Shown here piece by piece: positions 1-13,530 of a stretch of 64,000 nucleotides of DNA. A program made the position numbers and the translations under genes. Within the stretch, counting starts at the first letter, position 1. Every line of letters starts with the position of its first letter. Location: the NCBI GenBank assembly GCA_026023565.1, contig JAPETS010000033.1:248001-312000 (forward strand). The letters are read 5' to 3'. The stretch is from Cirrosporium novae-zelandiae (taxonomy: Eukaryota). Under the pieces are notes generated by a model. The model had not been told where the DNA came from and made no database searches. It worked only from the letters and a program-made list of their open reading frames with translations.

Positions 1-1631
1 AAACTCGATCTACGCCCACTACCCGATGACGATTCCAAGTGAGAACCGCAAAATAATGGCAACATTAGGCCGTGAGTCGGACTATTCATACGAACCACCG
101 GCACCAATCCCTCCTCGCATCTTCTTGACGAGTTATACGGCTGCCAAGACGGTATTGGAGAATGGAGATGACTTCAAGGTTCTCTGGGGCGAGGCGATGG
201 GGTTCTGTATGGGGAAAGGAGGTTTGAATTTTATGTTAAGTGGGGATGGTTCGTTTTACAAGAAGCAGAGGGAGGTGATGGGAAAGGCGCTATATCAGGA
301 ACAGTGGCATAAACAAGTCAAGGAATTTTACGAGTCTACCACGTTGAAGTTGCTGCAGGAAAATGCATACCAGGTAGGGGATGGGATAAATATGGTTGAC
401 ATTACCAGAGAGTAAGTTTCCTTGAACTTCTAATCCGCAGTCGTCCTCCACTCCCTGAAATGCACCCCGACTAATTCATTAATTTCATCACTGCAGCATC
501 ATCAACATCGCCCACACCCACTTCGCAGCATCGGTATTCTCACTTCCCATGAAAACGGACACAAACCCACACGGAATTTACTCCCCCCATGAGCTCTACC
601 AGGTCCTCTCCCTAATTTTCGTCTGTGTATTCTTCGACATGGATCCAGCCAAATCCTTCCCGCTGCGCCAAGCCGCGCGCGCCGTGTCGCAGCAACTCGG
701 GAAGCTCGTTGAGGCCAACGTCAAAGCCGTGGATTGGGTGGGTGGCAAGGTGGCGGAAATGGTGGGGATTTGGGATAATGAGAAGACTCCGCTGAAGGAT
801 TATGGGAGTCACATGGTGAAGAGACTATTGGAGAGCGGGTTGAGCGCCGAGGAGGTAGCGTGGAGTCAGGTTTTGCCGACAGGGACTGCGATGGTGGCAA
901 ATCAGGCTCAAGTGGTTAGTTAATTCATATTTCCCATCCCCGCCACCATCCCTATCCTATCCTATACCATCCTATACTATCCACAACCACATCAGCTAAC
1001 ACCCCCTTGACAGTTCACCCAACTCATAGACTACTACCTCTCCCCCGCTGGCCAACAACACCTCCCGCACATCCGCATGCTCGCCCAAGACAACACCCCA
1101 GAATCCGATAATCTCCTCCTGCACTACGCCATGGAAGGAATCCGCCTCAACGGTACATTCGGCAGCTACCGCACCTCCCAAACCACGACCACCATAACCG
1201 ACTACGACGCCTCACCTACCCCCTCCCAAAACACCAACGCCCCCGACCCAATCTCCATAAAACCTTCCGACCGAATCTTCATCTCCTTCGTCAGCACCAA
1301 CCACAACCCGACCTTATTCCCCTCACCCGAAACCGTGCGTCTCGACCGGCCCCTGGACTCCTACATCCATTACGGCATCGGCCCGCACTCATGTCTCGGG
1401 GGCGCGGCGTCGCAGGTCGCGCTGACGGCTATGCTGAGGGTGATTGGCGGATTGAAGAATCTAAGGAGGGCGCCGGGCCCGGCGGGAGAGCTGAAGAAGA
1501 TTATGAGGCCGGGTGGGTTTTATGTTTATATGAGGGAGGACTGGGGTGGGTATTGGCCGTTTCCTACTAGTTTGAAGATTTGTTGGGATGGGGAGGTTAC
1601 GGGGGGTTCGGGGAAGGGGAGGGGGGTTTGA
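1..1631 (+). CDS. ppo: 3' part (P450 domain) of a Ppo/linoleate diol synthase-type heme dioxygenase-P450 fusion; 5' end lies outside the window; introns 412-496 and 915-1013
   Basis: Frame open from base 2 (NSIYAHYPMTIPSEN). Splicing joins VDITRD|IINIAHTHF and ANQAQV|FTQLIDYYL. Contains EGIRL (ExxR), PETVRLDRP and the heme-thiolate motif HYGIGPHSCLG. Confidence 0.88.
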
Positions 1632-4024
1632 TTTATTTTTTGGGGATATTTATCTTTTTGGTTTTGGGTTTTTTATTTCCTTTTTTGCTGGTTGGCTAGC
1701 TGGTCTGGCTGGCAGTTCAGTTCGTAACTGTTCATCAATAAGTGTAGTAACCAATCAATCAATCGAAATTGGAAGTCCTGGTTATGCCATACTATACCAT
1801 ACCAGTTAAAACAACTCCACTCCACTCTACTCTCACCCATTGTATAATCACTATTACAATACAATACAATACCCTAACGACCTACCTCCATCAAATGACC
1901 TCCTTTCTTAATTATATACCTACCTACCTAAGGTAGTCAGGCTTCTATCTACTCCTGCCTCCTAGAATTGAAATTGAAGATCAATTTTTTTTCCTCACTT
2001 CTGTATTCTATTATTCCTTTCCGAATATTATAATTAGTAAATAGCAATTAGCTAGTCTACTTACTTGATCATTATTACTATATTATACTTTCCTTAATCA
2101 ACAGTTCAACCGTCTCCAACTACCTACCTACTTACCCCTACTTACCTCTCTACTTACCTAAGCTATATCCTAACACTGGGTAGCGGACGCCTTCCCACGT
2201 CCCTTTCTTTGGCTTAGTTACCTACCTTGGTAAGAAAAGGGTAATTAATTAGTAAGAAATAGTGTTGCTGTTGTTATTGTTGTTGTTGTTAGTTTAGTTA
2301 GGTTCCCCTTCTTTTTTTTTCTTCTTCTAATAATGTAACTAATTGAAAAGGGCAAAAAGGGCAAATACTTATTTACTTACATAGTATCTATCAATTTTAA
2401 ACCTTTAGAGGTAATTAAGAATTAAGAAGTGGTGAATTTATTTCTAGCTCTAGCCCTGGTAATTTGGATTGTATTTTCGATTTCAGTTTCGGCTGTGGTA
2501 TTTACTCCCCTCCTCCTCCTCCTCCCTCCCCCAACATAAAATCCATAGCCATGGCCATCTTCATCTTCATCTTCATCTTGATTAACTAACCTTGAACCTT
2601 CAACCTTCAATCCAACCCAACACATACGTTTATGCCCCCTCTCATAAATTTCACCCATAAAGCCAAAGCCAAATTTATATTCAAGTTCGGATTCAAATCC
2701 AGGTTCAGGAATATATTGGATGAAATGTGGCTATTCTATCTAGCGTACTAGGGTGATAGGATGTTAGAATTGTTTACTGAGTTAAGGGAGCTTGGCAAAA
2801 GGAAAGAAGAGGAGCCTATCTAGATGGAAGTTGATGGGAGGGGTTTATCTATGGGGTTATGTGTATCCTATATCCGACATCTCATAATCCCTACCACCAC
2901 CACTAAAAAACCCCCTATCCACTTACCCAAAAAAAAAAACTGCTGTAAATAAATAAATCCTACCTCCCCTATCTAAGTCTATATAAAAATTAAATTTACG
3001 AAACTGAAACTAAAACTGAAACTGACAAAATCATAATTTTTGGATTGTATATATTTCGGGTAACTATGCCATGGTAACTAAATGCTTTACAGGACAGGTT
3101 ATATATAGTATTATTATATTTATTAGGTATTATATCTATATTATACGTCACATACTACACACGCACACACAATCTACTGTTACCCCTCCTCCCCCGCCCC
3201 CATCCACCTAACAACAGCCCACCAGTTCCTTCCTTTCCAATACCAACCAACGAGAAGCCTTGAATTACTAAAACATTTGCAAGGGTTTCCCTTCAACTAA
3301 GCTTATCTATATAATTATCCCCCGAATCCTCGAGAGCAGAAGAGTTACTATATCTAACCAACGAAACAAACGATGATGCATGTATGCATGCGCACTCCCT
3401 CACTCTCGTGACTCATAAGTGAGAACTATTAATCAATTATCAAATCTTGGGCGTATAGTACTGCACTTCGATCCGATACTCCGCTTTCACTCCACCCTAC
3501 TCTACTCATTGGATCTGCAAAGCCCGAGATCTTCACGGCCGGATGCATGCCATAAAGACCAGGTTGGGTTCGATATTCCCAAGAGCGCTAGATGATTGAT
3601 CACAGTGGTATGCATCAGTCTTCTTCTCCGAGGTCTTTTTCGCCTCCTGGCCGTGTGTGTGTAACATCATCTAACTAATTATGCTATTCGGGTGCATGCG
3701 TATCCGATCCGATGCATGGCACGGTTAGTAGCAAGTCCAGCCGCTCCCCGGGTAGTTCTCCGTCCAGTTTTGTTTTTTTGTCGCTATGTGTGTTCCTTGC
3801 CCTATTCTATCGTATGGCTCCCTTGCCAAGTAAATCATGGAAATGCCTGGTTGACGAGAATTAGCTACTGTATACCGAGGCTAGCGTGCACGGGCTATGT
3901 TTCCCTTTTCTTTTTTGAAGAATTTAGATAATTTGGGGATTGGTGAATATTGTCATCGACGTGAAAATGAAAATATTGGCTATTGCTTAGCTGGGACATG
4001 AATATGGCCAGGAATTGCTTCGGC

Positions 4025-5716
4025 TTAATGATATTTGCGACCAGCAGCGGCTCCGTTTGCCCTTAACTTTGCATCCCTACTCTGGCTGGATGAGGCGTCA
4101 AATGATGCGGACCTTAGGGCATTGAAGTTCTGTTCCGCTATCTTGGTTTGATGAAGCTGTAACATGACCGAGAGTGTCAACTTGACCGAATCCACCTCTT
4201 CCATAGCAGCCATTACATCCTTTCTTTTCCGCTGCCACTTCAGTGATCGAACAAGTTGGTGGCCAGGTTTGACTTTGAATCCCTCTAGGACGTACTGCAC
4301 TTCCTCTATTGCCATGTTGCTGTCTTGAAGGGCTTCCCTGCCCAAATTCTGCAGCTCCCCGGTAGGTATTGAGGTACGAATAACTTCAGCGGCTGTTTGA
4401 AGAAGTGCTGAATACTGCATTAGCCTTCTTGAGAGTAGCCGCAATTCCCGGGGTGCGTTGCGTACGCTACGGTAAATATCCATGATAGTGAAAGCGGTTA
4501 TTGCAGCTTGGTCAACTGATTGTATGATGCCGGCCGCATGTCCTAAGCTGTGTACAGCGTCGACCTCCTCAAATTCCAAACGTCTGGGAAACGTCTTATT
4601 GCTGGGAATACGTGATTTTTGAAAACTACTTCCTTGAGGGTCAGATGACTGTGGTTGTCCAGAAATGCCGTCATGGTTTTGATAATGGGCCTCTACAGTC
4701 TCTTCGCTGGGTCCATCTAGGAGGTGTTGGCGAGGCCTACCCACATTCTGGTTTATATATTCTCTTTCTTGCTCGGATAGTTCGTCCAAGTTGAATGAGC
4801 GCAGATATTCATTGATGTCGCCTGCTAGAGTGTTGTGGCTACTCTCCTCCGCTTCAGTCCCTTTCTCGCCCACCCTAGCTTCCTGTTGGCTTGGAAAAGG
4901 TTGCTCTGTCGAGTTGGTAGCAGATTGAAGAACCCGTTCTTCAGGCATTGAATGAGGCTGTGTACTAGATATGTTGATGCTAACGCCATTTGGTAGCGTA
5001 TGAATCCTTCCACCGCTCTGTAACGGTATATCCGGTCTCGCCAAGAGTCGCTCATACACGATATCAGTGAGATCATCAACCCTGTGAAAGATATCAATCC
5101 CACCAATTGGGTTGGGATCCCAATGGAGATAGCCCTGCATTCCATGTGTGCTTTGATATGCCGTTACTCTCGGAGCTAAACTCTGTGCTAGCCCTAGGAG
5201 GGGAGGTCTTGGTTGAGTGTGATTGCCCACAATTGACCTTGATCGTCAATTAGCATAGAACTCTGTAGCAACTATTCCGAACTACTACACTCACAGAATG
5301 CTAGTCTGTATCGCGATTTTGACAAAGTCAAGCTAGGTAGCAAGACTGCTCTTGAACTTGTCAAGATCATCAGCGGCCATGAAAGCCCATTGGACCTTTC
5401 TTGGAGCGCTACGAAAGTACCCGCGTCCAGAACCCTGGCCCATCGATTTCTCATATTGAGCGATAGTCTTTCGGAAGTTCTGGACGAATTCCTTGACGGT
5501 TGTTGAGTGCTTACTGATGCTCTTTCGAAACGACTCTGGAAGATTCGAAAGGTCGAGGCTTTGCAGCTCATTCATGACACAGAGGAAACCCTGATATTGC
5601 TGTTCCGCGAGCTGGAACTGGGATTTTGAGCCGCCTTCATCTTTCGACGACAAAATAACCTTCGAAGTGAACTCCGTAAATAACGCGGCATCTCCTAGCC
5701 CAAAGCCGAAACTCAT
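4025..5716 (-). pseudogene. Protein with two HeLo-like (fungal STAND N-terminal-type) domains; intron 5294-5238; one in-frame TAG at 5335-5333
   Basis: Starts MSFGFGLGDAALF...RKVQWAFM...DLDKFK; after the TAG the frame continues LDFVKIAIQTSIL and splices (GTGAGT...GCTAAT...AAG) in frame into the 401-aa ORF, whose C-terminal part has a second such domain (LGHAAGIIQ...YRSVRNAPREL...RSLKWQRKRKDV...KLTLSVML). Confidence 0.65.
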
Positions 5717-6830
5717 ATTCGATAGCAGGGCCAGCAACTGTTATGCCATTAAGTGATAATAGCTCCAACGATAATCTTCAACCGGATTCTGTAGAGGGAG
5801 TTTTGATGACAAGTGAGTCGATGTTCTGACAAGAGGTTAGGCACCCTAGCGCAGCGGTGTGCTCCGAGGCGGCTGAACTCCGGACATACTTGGCCGAAAC
5901 GTGATCGAATCAATGATAGTATATTACAACAACGATTAGGATAAAGCTCTTATAAGGCATAAATATAGGGGTATAGCCGATGTCGGCATTACTGCTAAGG
6001 TCTACCCAAGTAGAATCTAAGGTGCGGGGTCAGCATATTTCTCATAGATTTAATTCTACATCCTTACACAAAATAACATAGGTACTTGGTCAAAAGTACA
6101 TAATGCGGATCATGTAAAGACAACCATAGCCGAGTCACCTAACATTAAGCTGCCTTGTTATTAGTAGGCTTGGCCTTAGATCGAGGAATCATGCGTCTAT
6201 TCCAAAATGGTCGTAAAGTTCTCAAACTCAACAGAGCAACAAACAATCTAAGGAATTCTTAGCGACGGACCGTAACTCTATCTTAACGTGAACCTCACCA
6301 CTGCCGGATGTATGATTCTTTCATTGATTGAAACCAATCTAACAAATCACCAGACGAACAAATCTTCTGCGTATCACATAATATCAGCCCAAAGAGGCTC
6401 CACACCAAACCAATCCCCCCAAAGTTCCGAAAGCACAAACAGGAATCTCGTGGAGTTGTGACGGTTATTAGGATCTCTGCAGGGCTTAGACAACAGGTTA
6501 TCCTGTACAGCCAGCCCCATTTAGATAGCTCTGCTGTTGAGCTTCTTGGTTTAGACCTGAAGCTCTTATCCCCTCACAGTGGGATATTACTTGGATGTGA
6601 AACCAACGCCGAAATGAAGAAAAAAACCTTGACCAGCCTTAGTCGAAGCGAATTCATAAGACGTATAGTGTAGAATAGGTGACGGCTTAATCCGACTCCT
6701 ACTGTTCGAGAATCCAATGTGAAGATTCTCTGAACGGCCCTCCTGCTGTTGATGAATTGATGGAATTGGTGGGTCCGATGGGGCTAATGATGGATAAAAA
6801 CAACGTCTCCTGGGAACCAAGCAACATCCA

Positions 6831-9800
6831 TTACTGCAGACTATCGTCTCTCAAAAGGGCACCACCGGGTGAGTCTGCCGAGCCCGTTGACGTGCTATCA
6901 ATTTGCTTTTGAACCCGATGGTTGTTAATAACGTCCTCCAAGATTTTCCTAATCCTCGCCGGCTGGAAGCATCTTTTGATATCCCAGCATCCCAGGCTAT
7001 TGTTAATTTCTTCGTGTACAAGATCCGCTCTCGATTGTAGCTCCTTGCAGCCAGCGAGTTTCATATTGCGGTCGGCATAGGCTTCGGCCGCTCTTTTGAT
7101 CGAATCTTCCCACACAATGTCGCCCTGTGCATGTGCAAATGCTCGCTCCAGGATGAGGATGATGTCGCAGGAGCACCTGATTATCACTTTTGCTGTCGGG
7201 ACTGCTTCGAAAATGCCGCCTACGGCTCCGATAGCTGCACCAGGTCCAAATGTAAAAATGCCGCATAGCGTAGCAAGGCCTAGATTTAGTGTGTTTCGTG
7301 CCAAGGAACTCCACCAATTGATGTTTGACCAAACGATGTTGCGAATAATGGCATCTATAGCCTCAGGGCGAATTTTTTGGAACCCAAAACATCTGAGAGT
7401 TTCTGCACACACCGTAGTGGACATGGAGTATGTAGATATGGAACTTGGTATGGGGCTTGGGCTTATGGCGGCACTAACCGCATGGAAGTAGAGCCTCAGG
7501 GCTTCCGTGATCGCTTCATCAACTTTCAAGTCAACGTCACAACATTGCGCGGCAACACAGAATTGGCGGACTTCGTTATCATCGATGTACTTTAATGTCT
7601 TTCCCAAGAGATCTTTAATCGATGTAGGATCGTCTAGGATATTTGTCAGCACTGGTCAAACTCGCACGTCTGGTATAGTACCTTTTGAAGTGCATACTAT
7701 CGAGCTCGATCTGTGATTTCCAAGAGTTTGGAGCTTTTTGTTGATGCGTTGTTGATGTATTTTAAGCCCCTTGTTGGCTTCTTCCTTTATCCATGACTTT
7801 CGGGCTCTGTCGTCCTCAAAGGACATATTTTCGGCTGCATCTACTGCCTCTGCTCGGTGTAACTTGAGGACCTTGTCTTTCTTTGTCCCAACGATCACCA
7901 CCGGAGTATTGATCGCATACCTTGCAATTGTTTTGAAAATATCCTCGTCCGCCTTTTGTACAAGGCGTGTTTCATTTAGATCAACGCAGAACCTGGTCAA
8001 GAGGTTAGTACTGCTCAATAAATCTCTTGTTAGCTTACCAAATAGCATTTAATTGCTCTTTTGGATCTTTTTGGCCCGAACGGCTTCGGATGAAATTTTG
8101 TAATAGTATGACTTCTCTCCTGCTGCCACTCTCCAGTCCACGAGAATCATGAACCAGAAGACCTGGGTTCATATCTGTTTCGATGGCTTGGTTTATGTCA
8201 TGCTCTCCTCGCTCATTATCAGATTCTGTTGTCTTTGGGGTCTAGTTAGCACTTACGTGATGTAGGGGATAGATATTCGACTAACCAGATCTGGAACCCC
8301 AAAAACTAGGTTGATCAATGTTGATTTGCCTACTCCAGTCTTACCACAGACGAGAATTCGAAAAGACTCGGCTTTATCTTTTTGCAGTACTGAATGTACA
8401 TTCCAAGGCGCTAAGGGCTCCGAGTTTGCAATCTCATTGGTTTGAAAATCCTGCAAGTAGGGATAGTATTCTCGAAGTCTAGAACGAACAAAGTCTTTTC
8501 GCAAGTGCTCGTACGTGTCTAATATGAAGAAAATGGAAGGATGTATGATTGTGCCATTGGAAGCTGAATAAAGTATTAGTGTATTTTAGTCAGGAAAGCG
8601 CATCAAACCTACAAGATTCGCAATAACCCTTTAATTTGGTCATTTTAAACACTTCTCGGCGTTGTTGCCCCCGAAATCCATAGTTTCTTCCACGATTTAA
8701 TTGAATGGTATGAGATGCACCTGACTTTTCAGAGATGGTCTTTCTCAAATTACCATGACGATGTACTGCACGGAGATCATGCATTTCAGCAATGATACCG
8801 TTTTGATATTCAAATTTCCAAACGCCTTTCGATATATCCTTAGGATTGCACTGGGATGATCTATCGGCCTCTTGAAAAGCTAGCTTCCCCTCATTCAAGG
8901 CAACCAAATCAAGTGGATTGGTCATTTTAGATCTTTTGATTGGTTTGAACTCCAGCACAAGACCCGACTTCCTGCTTTCGATAAGCATCCACTGTAAAGG
9001 ATATAGGGAGAGTCCATCATGAGCAACGCCACCTCCAAGGTCTTTATGGGCACCAAAGAACCATGCCTGAATAATCCTATTTGGCGGCTCACTTGATGTG
9101 CTATCTTGAACGGAAACAAGTTCAGGGGAGAAATCAAGTCGATCTTCATGTATGGCTACCGCATGGCGAAAGGTTTCGATGGTATCATTGACGGATATAT
9201 CATAAAGTTTTTTATCGTCATAGGCTCTGACAGTATCAAAAGCACCAACAAATTTGATGCACGGAGGATCTCGAACCCGGAATGTGGAGCTAACACCAAA
9301 GTTAGCTAGAAGGCATACCGACTGCAGAAAGGGATAATAACAAGTGCTCATATATCTACTCAATCTCGTTAACATGGGATGTACAGTTGATTTGTAGAGT
9401 CTTACCGAGCCAGCCCGTTTCTCATCTTTGTCCTGCACCGCTCGATATAATTCAAGAGTCTTTTTATAAGCCTCGTCGAATTTAGAGTCCGTTAGGTGTT
9501 CTGCACGGAGAGCTCCCATGTGATGAAAAATGCCAGCAACGGCCCGAACAATATCTAGAATATTTGTCAACTGGCTTTGTCAAGAAGAAGTTGAAATAGT
9601 CCTTACAAGCACCGCGGCTATATCCGTACAGCCACAGCTCATCATCAGGACCAGTCAAGGTTTGGCAACAATACTATATAGGGTAAGCAATTTCGGACGT
9701 GAATGATCAGCTATAATATTACAGCCCACCTTGGTGATTTCCTTGATTCTGTTTGGAATATCTGTGGCCCAGATGGCGGAGCTGATCCTCTTCAGGCCTT

Positions 9801-10130
9801 CTTCACCAACGCCAGTACCAGGATCGTATTTTCTAATCTGGATGCAGTCTTCAGCCAATGAACACCCTCCAGAGATTGGGTGTTTATTGACCTGAATAAT
9901 CCGTCTCCCATCACTACTCTCGAATTTGCCATCTTTTGTAGTAGCGAATATTCGGAAAACGTTTGTTTGGTTACCCTTTGGGTCACCTTTATTTAGGGTT
10001 AGTTCTACAAGTAGTGTTTGGCCACAAGATGAACTGGGACATCCTAACCATCTGGGCCATCTGGATCGTGCCAAGTGCCGTCGACGCAGTAAATGAGTCG
10101 CTTGATCGTGACCTTAGGTGGGGATGGCAT
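6831..10130 (-). CDS. Multi-exon DUF2235 (Tle1-like alpha/beta-hydrolase) plus P-loop GTPase fusion with a C-terminal helical/hydrophobic region
   Basis: ATG at 10130 (MPSPPKVTIKRLIYCVDGTW). Hydrolase motifs TNVFR, GYSRGA, VGAFDTV, HAVAIHEDR, WFFGAHKDLGGG; then G1 GKTGVGKST, G3 HDSRG (exon about 8235-8040) and G4 TKKD. Not every exon junction was resolved. Confidence 0.8.
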
Positions 10131-10891
10131 TAGTTCAAAACGAGGATTTAAAGGTTGAATTTGGTACAGGCTCAATTGAGAGAAAAAAGAAAATAGCAGA
10201 AATGAAAATGGAATAGAAATAGCAGGTTACAGAGGAAGGGATATAGTTAAGCGAGACGGGTCTTGAAACCGGGAGATTGTAGAGAATGAAGGCATCTTGA
10301 CTATTGATATCATCCTTGATCGATGGTATAGAGAGGCGATTTGGGAGCAGTTCGATGAATTGCAGGACTAGCATGCCATGCTCTTTTTCATAGGTTGTCT
10401 ATTCCATGCATCTGGTAACTTACAATCGTCCATAAGTAGTGGCTGTGAGTACCTAGTGTTCCTATCAGTAAGTGCAGCATTTTAGGGCATCGCAGCCTAG
10501 CGGTCCAGCTGATAGTAGAAAAAACCAAGGATGTATGCTTTCACAGCCTCAGAGGTAGTCCACAGAAGTAACCAGGCTGGCTCCAACCAACTCAACCCCA
10601 CTACTTATGGGCTTCCACCTTAGACACTAACCGTTCGATAAGAATGCTTATAAAAGTATCCCAATAGACGTTAGCACCATAATTTCCAAGTCAGCGCAAC
10701 TTGGTGGATGGCTAACGGTTAGCTCTAGATACTAACCATCTTTACCAAGGGCAGTGAAAACGGACGACTCAATAATGGTTAAATGTTAGTAGCCATCAAA
10801 AGGCAGGGAAGTGATCAAACTAGGAATGCCGTCGAACGGGCTAGACAATAATATTAAGCAGGGGAGACCAAGTTGCTCAACCCAAAGCTGT

Positions 10892-11216
10892 TGTTAGGAT
10901 GAGGCAGATGAGAGGTATCTCAAGCCTCTCGGCGGCACTCAATTCCCTAGGCCTCCGCATAACCAGTATGAACCAGCTCCAGCTGACCGAAATGTCCAAA
11001 TAGGTTAACAGAACTAATAGAACCCCCATTCACTAGCATATGGTACTTGAGTCTAAAGCGGGACGTTTAGATAAGAGATGATCCAACAAGGGTCATGGCT
11101 GAGGGATCTGAGACACCTTTCGAGCAATATCAGGACTTCGAGAACATGGTAACTTCTAGGCCGTTCTCGGGCAGCCCGGTGCCAGCAAGGCTAAGCAGAT
11201 GATAAGCTGTGTAACA
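10892..11216. mobile_element. Possible degenerate solo LTR
   Basis: About 325 bp non-coding segment bounded by TGTTA...TAACA; no clear target-site duplication. Confidence 0.3.
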
Positions 11217-12347
11217 GCAAAGAAAGTATATAAAAATTATTATCCAAAGTGATGTGAAGGGGCTGTAACTACACCACACACATTAGTATTCCCCTGACCG
11301 AGAAACATGGAGTTTGAGAAGCAAAATTAAGCATTGAAGGGTCATATATTTACCTTTACCGTTTGATGTTAACAACCTGCAGTGGCTCTGGATTTCCCGT
11401 GAAGAGGTACTGTGTAGTTGAGATGAAGGATAAGCCTGACTATGGGTTGACTGCATTAATTGCACTAGCTCGCAGATCAATCTGTCGCATCATTACCTTA
11501 TCTATAGACGTCTTAGACGATCTAAGGCTTGATTAATTAAGCTTTATGTCTTATTTCTACCTCTGGAGCACACGGATAATATTGTTACTTTTATGCTGTT
11601 TTTATATTCTATTCCTTCGACTATTTACTTGGTGAAGAGAAGATATATTCAACCTTTTATTATCATTCTCAAGCCCTGACCCTATCTTCTTCCTAGAGTT
11701 TCCGCCTGACCCTTCTTCGCCAGTCTTACACATTTGAACTGGTTACCTTATTCTGACTCCCATCTCCCTTTGTGACTATGGTAGATGGTAGTGCGAGATT
11801 TCAAGGTTGGCCCTTGATGATCTTTGTGAAGAATTCTTGTGTTGGAGAAGGTATCAAGTTCTGAGACTTGGAAATAGCTGGAGCCTAAGGCGTCGATGAC
11901 GTAGGTAGGTTCTCGGATACTTTATATTCCGAGCCATCTTGGCTAAAACTCTGTATGGCCATCGAGATTCTATCCAAACGCTTTGGATCGAGATGTAAGT
12001 CACACGATTCGAGAGAACCCATTTAGCTTCCATAATCACCCCGATTAAGTACAAACTATGGACCAAAAGGTCCTCTCACGTTCAAATTCGGCAACATCAA
12101 TTCGCCCGTTTTGCTCATCCTGGATCCTGGACCGGATTTGCTTTCTTAAAGCCGATAGCTATGGTTGGAGAGGAGATAACTCCACAACTGACAACTAATC
12201 GCCATGATCTCTTATATACACCTAGAACTGCCTCAGTTCTGGTTTCCTATAATCTTCATTCCCTTTACACCAAACACTTCTATACCATATTGACTAAAGA
12301 AGAGGAGATAGACGTTGCATTCCTTTATATACATTCACCCCCTCACC

Positions 12348-13530
12348 ATGAACAGTCCAACAAGTTCAATCGATCAGAAAGCCCCAGAGACAGATAACTC
12401 TAGCACACCAGTGTCCATAGAATCACAGCTTCCAGCCGAAGATGCCTTTCCTAAAGGTTTGCAAACTCCCTTTCTCCTCTCACCACATGAAACCCACCGT
12501 TAACAACCAACCATGACGTCTAGCCTCTTTCACGGAGCCCATCACCACCAAAGAAGGCCACACCTTCCCCCAAACCATTGCACACCGCGGGTACAGAGCC
12601 CTCTACCCAGAAAATACCATGGCAGCCTTCAAAGCAGCCGTAGCGGCCGGCGCCCATGCCCTCGAAACCGATATCCACATCTCCTCGGACGACGTCATAG
12701 TAATCTCTCACGACGCAAACCTTAAACGGTGTTTCGGCCAAGACCAGAAAATAAAGGACTGTTCCTGGGCCTACCTCAGCGCACTGCGGACAATCAAACC
12801 GCCCCACGAGCCGATGCCGCGGCTGCTCGACCTCCTTGCCTACCTCGCTGACCCCACCACAAACCAAGCCATCTGGGTGCTTCTCGACATCAAGCCCGAC
12901 AACGACCCAGAAAAAACCATGCGTCTAATTGCCTCGACTATCGCATCCGTCCCCCCCACTACCAACGGCACCACACCCCCCTGGACCTCCCGCATCCTCC
13001 TCGGCCTTTGGACAACCTCCTTCCTCCCCGCAGCGCACGCCCACCTCCCCAACTTCCCAATAACCTACATCGGCTTCAGCCTCCCCTACGCCCGCAACTT
13101 CCTCAGCATCCCCAACGCATCCTTCAACCTCCTCCAAAAATCCCTCGTGGGTCCGTACGGTGCACGCTTCATGCGGGATGCGCGAGCACTAGGTCGCCGC
13201 ATTTTCGTGTGGACCGTGAACGAGGAGGTATGGATGGCGTGGGGGATACGGAAGGGAGTGGGCGGGGTCATCACAGACGAGGTGGAGAAGTTTTTGGATG
13301 TCTGTAAAAGGTGGGAAGATAATGACGGCGCTGGAAATGGAAACATTAAAACGAAGATGACGGCTAGGGACTTTATTTCGGTGCTGTGCTTCCAGCTCGC
13401 AGCTACGGTGTTGGGAATTGTTTTCTGGATCTGGTTCCGCGACGGGAAAGCGGATCGGAGATTCAGGAAGCGGGTTTTGATTGGGCAACCACAATCACAA
13501 CCACAATTGCAGGCGAAGGTGAAGAGTTAG
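12348..13530 (+). CDS. PGC1: Glycerophosphodiester phosphodiesterase (GDPD), PGC1-like, with C-terminal membrane anchor; intron 12457-12523
   Basis: Splicing gives IAHRGYRALYPENTMAAF; ETDIH, HD, LDIK, VWTVN and GVITD motifs; hydrophobic tail FISVLCFQLAATVLGIVFWIWF. Confidence 0.85.
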
